A DNA stretch of 64,000 nt from Eledone cirrhosa (Eukaryota): the NCBI GenBank assembly GCA_964016885.1, contig OZ024741.1:70060001-70124000 (forward strand), written 5' to 3'. The notes beneath the pieces were generated by a model, which saw nothing but the letters and a program-made list of their open reading frames with translations, was not told the origin of the DNA and did no database searches. The translations under genes were made by a program, and so were the position numbers. This document shows positions 58,615-64,000 of this stretch, in pieces; within the stretch, counting starts at the first letter, position 1; each line of letters starts with the position of its first letter.

Positions 58615-59669
58615 CGAAGGAAATGTGGTAAGGAACCAGGTGGACCATAACGCACCAAAGTACTCAATACTTGAGTACCCCCCCCTCCCCTAGTCTTTGA
58701 TAGATTTGGCGGACTCCGCCCTTTATAGCAGTTGGCTTAGACCCCGGATACTTTCCCCCTTTTTCCGACCGCTCCCACTATTCTCTCTGCCCTCTATATT
58801 TCTTAGTGGCACTTATGCCTTATTTTTTCGTTTCAGTATTTCTTGCTTCGCTTTTCTTCTGGGCGGGGTGGATTCTGAATTTATTTCTCCGTATTCTACC
58901 TTTATTTCGTACGAACTTTCATGTAGCTTGTTTTAGATCTTTTAGAGTTAGCATTAGTATATATTTTTCTCGGGACTCAGAATTAATATCTCGTACAAGT
59001 TCACTTTGCTGCACTGGGTCGTTGCTGGCCCGGGATGGAAACCTTTATTGTTTATTTCGTGGTAGTCTCTTTAGTATTTTGGCCCCTTTTGTTGACCCGT
59101 CACCGTATCATTTACGTACTTATACCTCTTAAAAGGGTCCTTGCCTTATTCGTCCCACCTAGTTCTCTTACTTATTTCCTTATTTATTTATTTATTTATT
59201 TATTTACTTCTTTCTTTCTTTCTTTATTTTATTCTCGCCTAACAATAGCCTGACACCTAGGTCGTAGAATTTAATTTACTTTACTTTTTTCTTTACACTT
59301 ATTTGCTTTTCTTCACTCTCAGTATTTTTTCTTTCCTATTTCTACCCCCCATTGTTCTACCTACCGTTCCGACTTCCTCCCCCTCCCCTGTATCTTCTTT
59401 GACCTCATGCCCAGCTGTAGCTGGCACTACCAACGCTTGATTGGGTCTACTCCACCCCCTCCCCTCTTTCTCCTACTGGCAGGTTTAGCCACCATCTCCC
59501 CTACCAATTTGCAACCACAGAATTACTACTGATTTTTGACAATCACTTTGACCATATATGGAATTACCCCTTGAGAAGATCGGCTATTTAAATACCAGGA
59601 TAAATTTTCATTTAGTCCAGAATTAGCCGTCGAAACGGCTTGAGCTCAGCTGTCGGGGTCTTACTGGTT

Positions 59670-59672
<3 letters not shown>
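58612..59672 (+). mobile_element. Non-coding PLE-type insertion: inverted tail piece, pyrimidine-rich body, HHR
   Basis: 58612-58672 is the reverse complement of the tail at 16810-16870; HHR at 59566-59659; (TA)n on both sides. Confidence 0.75.
59566..59659 (+). ncRNA. Type I hammerhead ribozyme with U3-A8 variant core
   Basis: ACCCC-TTGAGAA-GA(T)CGGCTA..TAGCCGTC-GAAA-CGGCT-tgagctc-AGCTG-TC-GGGGT. Confidence 0.7.
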
Positions 59673-59720
<48 letters not shown>

Positions 59721-59744
59721 TATATACATACATACGTGCATACC

Positions 59745-59791
<47 letters not shown>

Positions 59792-60204
59792 GTTTTTTGA
59801 AATATTTACTTCTGCGTTCACAGATTGACTTTTTTAGTTTCAGAAGATCCCGTCAAGGGTGAAAGCAGCGATTCTTTGCTTAAACTTTAATCTGTTATTT
59901 TAATAAATAAATATATATATATATAAACGTAAGAAAATTAACAAAGACAGGACAAGACAACAGACTGAAACAAAACAAATACCAACGAAGGACACAGAGT
60001 TCCATGGTCATCGGCCGTTGAGGTGGACCATAGCAGTTTCGGCCCCTACCAACGGTACTGCTGGTCCATTCGCAGTCACAGCATCTGACATAGGCCAAAC
60101 GCTGTCCAGTAGACTATGCATATATTATAAGCGTTAACCTAAGCACGCTTTTTGTAAACAGCTCTTTGGCTTTATCTTCACTGTTCACTGTTAACCTTAC
60201 TCTG

Positions 60205-60275
<71 letters not shown>

Positions 60276-60891
60276 GGACTAGTAACTCTTGATGGGTTCG
60301 GAGCTGTATTGGATCTTCATATGCTTGTTAAACCTGGTGGAACTCATGCCTTTCTACACCAGGAAACAGTCGATATCTTCCAGAGAGAGAGAAAGATAGG
60401 GGGGGGGGGGGGTGATAGAAAGGACGTGAGAAAGTGATCTAGAGGAAAAATTAACCCCCGGAATGGGTTCGTTCATAATCTATAGATTTCGAACGAATGA
60501 AAGGCAAATTTGGTTTGAACTTAGAGCGCAGAAAGCAGAAACGAATATCATGAAGCATTCTACCCGACATTCTAAACACTGATATTTCGCTGTCTTGCTC
60601 ACTACATTAGCCCCTTCTTAAATATTTATCAACATATAGTTATGATTGTGTTAACATATTTAATGTAGAGAGCCTTAATTAGCTAATTATAAATTATTAT
60701 GTAGTCAAGTAAAGACACTATCAGCGTATGGATAAATAGCATTTTAATTATTTCGGCAAGTACACTTTCCGTTTATCCAATTTCATTCATACGGCTTAAA
60801 TTGACATGAGGCTATGGTAAATGTCACTTGCCTAAGAGACCTTATCATTGCGAAGCGAACTATTCGGCTATGCTGCGTCTACAAGATACTA

Positions 60892-61172
60892 CAGGGGTCT
60901 CAAAAACGCGGCCCGCAAACTATTTTTTATGGCCAACAACAGAACATTGCAAACCGAACATTTGTCCTGCTGAATTTTGTACCAATTCACATATCCCAAT
61001 TACTATCATATGCGTATTCATTTTGATGAAAATAAATAAATAGCAGCTCATCAACTGTATTGAAACTACACTGTGGAAACTAACCTGTGGAAATCACGAA
61101 CTCTCATCTCCTTTTTGGCCCACTTCCCCTGGGCGTTATGTCCTCTTTGAGTTATTGTGTTTGAGACCCCTG
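60892..61172. mobile_element. hAT/Charlie-like MITE
   Basis: TIRs CAGGGGTCTCAAA ... TTTGAGACCCCTG; no intact 8-bp TSD. Confidence 0.7.
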
Positions 61173-62965
61173 ATAAGGTAGTACTTCGGCCTTTATGGTG
61201 AAGTTTCTGCTTCACCGAGGAAGTATAATATGATCGAAACTTATTTGTGGGTTTTTCAAATGCTTGCCGAAATAAATAAAATAATACTTGACAATTACAA
61301 ATATTGTGTATTCTTCGTCGCATAATTATTTCCTATTAGTTTTTTTTTGTGTTCCCTGTATTAAAAATGTCAACGCTAACTTAACTATTGATTTTCCTGC
61401 TGATACCATCCCTTGGTAACTTTTCAGAGTCTCGTCCTTCTTATTTATAAACGATAGTGTGATATGACAGAAATATGGCTGCAGTTTCTGGCATGTCTAC
61501 TCTACTGACCAGGTAGTGACTTCCAGGTAGCAACAGACAAACAAAAGAGCAGATCGTGCCTTTCGGGTACCACAGCAATTACCTGTAAGCAATCCCATTT
61601 TCATTTGATTATAAACAAAAGTGCAATTTAGAAGACGTTATTAATAATATCAGTAACGAAATATAAAACACCTGCTGTTTGTTTACCTAAAATCTACTCA
61701 TCAACAGCGCACTTTTTCACACCAGCCATAGAACATGTAGCTAATAGGGGGAGGGGGCATATATTTATTTACAATATGATGACAGAAAGAAAAAAAAACG
61801 AAAATAAAATAGAAAAGAAAAAAGACAGAATTAGGGAGGGAGAAACTCTACACTCATGTTGGACGGTATAATTCAGCTGTTCCCCACCGACATGATGGCG
61901 AAAGGATTGCTGCGGAGAACATCCACTGAGACCTGCTGCATTCATCCATTCTACGTAGTGAAATATATTTCTAAGAACTTTTATTTAAGGAAAACCATTG
62001 GAGTTAAAGTTTTGTAGGTGCTGTCGTGGTGGAATAGGGATTTGCTGGACATAAAAATGAAATAGAAAATAAATGAGGAGAAAAATGACTTAATCAAAAA
62101 ATAAGAAAAGTTTGTGTTGTATGCGAAGATGTTAGTCATGGCATTTCGAAATTTCGAACGGAGAAGCCAAGAAATGTCTTTGATGAAAAGATCCTGCCTA
62201 AAACAACATCAAAAATCATTTCTTTCTTCACGGCACTCGAACTACAAATTTTATACACAACTTAAGCAAATTTAGTTCAACATAAAAGTAACGTACTCTA
62301 TGTGTGATACCCAGCTTGGAACTGTCTAACTCTCATTAGTGATTTACACGTATAACTCTGACACAAATATCAAAACATATCAATTCAGTCCGCCAGCATT
62401 CATGGATATTATTTATTGTAGCTAAATTATATTAAACATACTGGCGCCACCGAATTGAACATTTTCTGCGTTGGCTCACTCCCTTACCCATATTACAACG
62501 TGATTTGAACCAAACAATGGGGGGAGGGGGGCCTTAATAACATGGCACTATGTTGCATTATCTATCTAGGTATTTTTTTCTATCCGATGAGATAGACGTG
62601 TTTACATCTTGAAACCAATAGTTATATAAACTTTGGCAATCTGCTATGGTTACTCCCGACTTCTCCTTCATGCGTTGATTGCTCTTCTCTATATACCCCT
62701 CCCCCCCTTGTGTACTGAGTGCAACTATTGCACCACAGTGCACAGGACAGGATACGGAGAAGAAACCAACGATTTCGTTTGGTCTGGGCTAATTGTTTAA
62801 TATTCGCACATAATCCTGAACTTACCACTGAAAACTAAATGTGTGTGCTCTGAATCACGAACTGGCACTTCGGAAGTGCAAGTCCCGTGCAAGTCCCGTG
62901 AAATCATCGAGCGAGTGGGAAGGTTCGACGTACTAGCACAAACTCATTTTGTCCAGTTCAATACA

Positions 62966-63243
<278 letters not shown>

Positions 63244-63440
63244 AAGCTCCTTCTATAAAATAAAAAAAATTTACTCTGCCATGTATTGAGTACCTTACTT
63301 ACTGTGGTTATCCCCGACTCAACCCGGGACCTACGTATATATATATATATATATTAGTAGCAGTAGGGGTATGTATCTGTAATGCCTGGTGGAATTGTCG
63401 GGTTGGAATAATGACATACGGCGTTTCTTGTAATGATGTT

Positions 63441-63830
63441 AATAATAACTATTTCTACTTTTGGCACAAGGCCAGCAAATATCCCAGTGCATTACTGGTA
63501 CTTTATTTTATCGACCCCGTAAGGATGAACGGCAAAATTAACTTCTGCGGGATTTGAAATCAGAACGTAAATGGCCATAATTCTATGCTGCAAGGCATGG
63601 CGTCCGACCGTCTACCTATATTGCCAATCCACCGCCCATGAGTTGATAATGATTGTTTCTACTTTTGGCACAAGGCCAGCAATTAACCAGTACATTACTG
63701 GTACTTTATTTTATCAACCCCGTAAGGATGAAAGGCAAAGTTAACCTCGACGGGATTTGAACTCAGACCGTAAAGGGACGTAACTATGCTAGAAAGCATG
63801 GCGTCCAACCCTCTACTGCCAATTCACCGT
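63441..63830 (-). mobile_element. Two tandem tRNA-derived SINEs (family A)
   Basis: Copies at 63441-63636 and 63646-63830. Confidence 0.9.
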
Positions 63831-63880
63831 CTATTACTGCCAATTCAATGATAATAGTAATATACACACTCGTATGTATG

Positions 63881-63925
<45 letters not shown>

Positions 63926-64000
63926 CACTTCTGTGTGTGTGTGTGTGTGTGTGTGTTACGTTGGCCCCACAGAAAGTTGCCATAACATTATAAAGCCTAA

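Overview
Eukaryotic, AT-rich, microsatellite-saturated non-coding DNA. The SINE and microsatellite landscape resembles an octopus/cephalopod genome (inference). No intact host protein-coding gene is supported, and most ORFs in the track are translations of (TA)n, (CA)n, (CATA)n, (GAT)n or (GGT)n repeats. Recognisable content is almost all transposable elements: at least 12 copies of one tRNA-derived SINE; fragments of RTE, R4/Dong-like, HERO-like, CRE-like and CR1 LINEs; a 5'-truncated Penelope-like element (PLE; RT plus GIY-YIG, 39981-41435); a deleted mariner; several MITEs; and a Helitron 3' end. The most notable signal is a set of short non-coding inserts in (TA)n tracts. Many carry type I hammerhead ribozyme (HHR) motifs: about six well-formed ones plus several decayed or half copies, from several unrelated families. 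They take two architectures: fold-back palindromes with a 3' tail (arms up to 251 bp), and ~490-550 nt units bounded by short direct repeats (retrozyme-like). One HHR has a compensatory U3-A8 core. Two bipartite non-autonomous RTEs (5'UTR fused to 3' end) are also present. All motifs were read by eye; no database search or folding computation was run.
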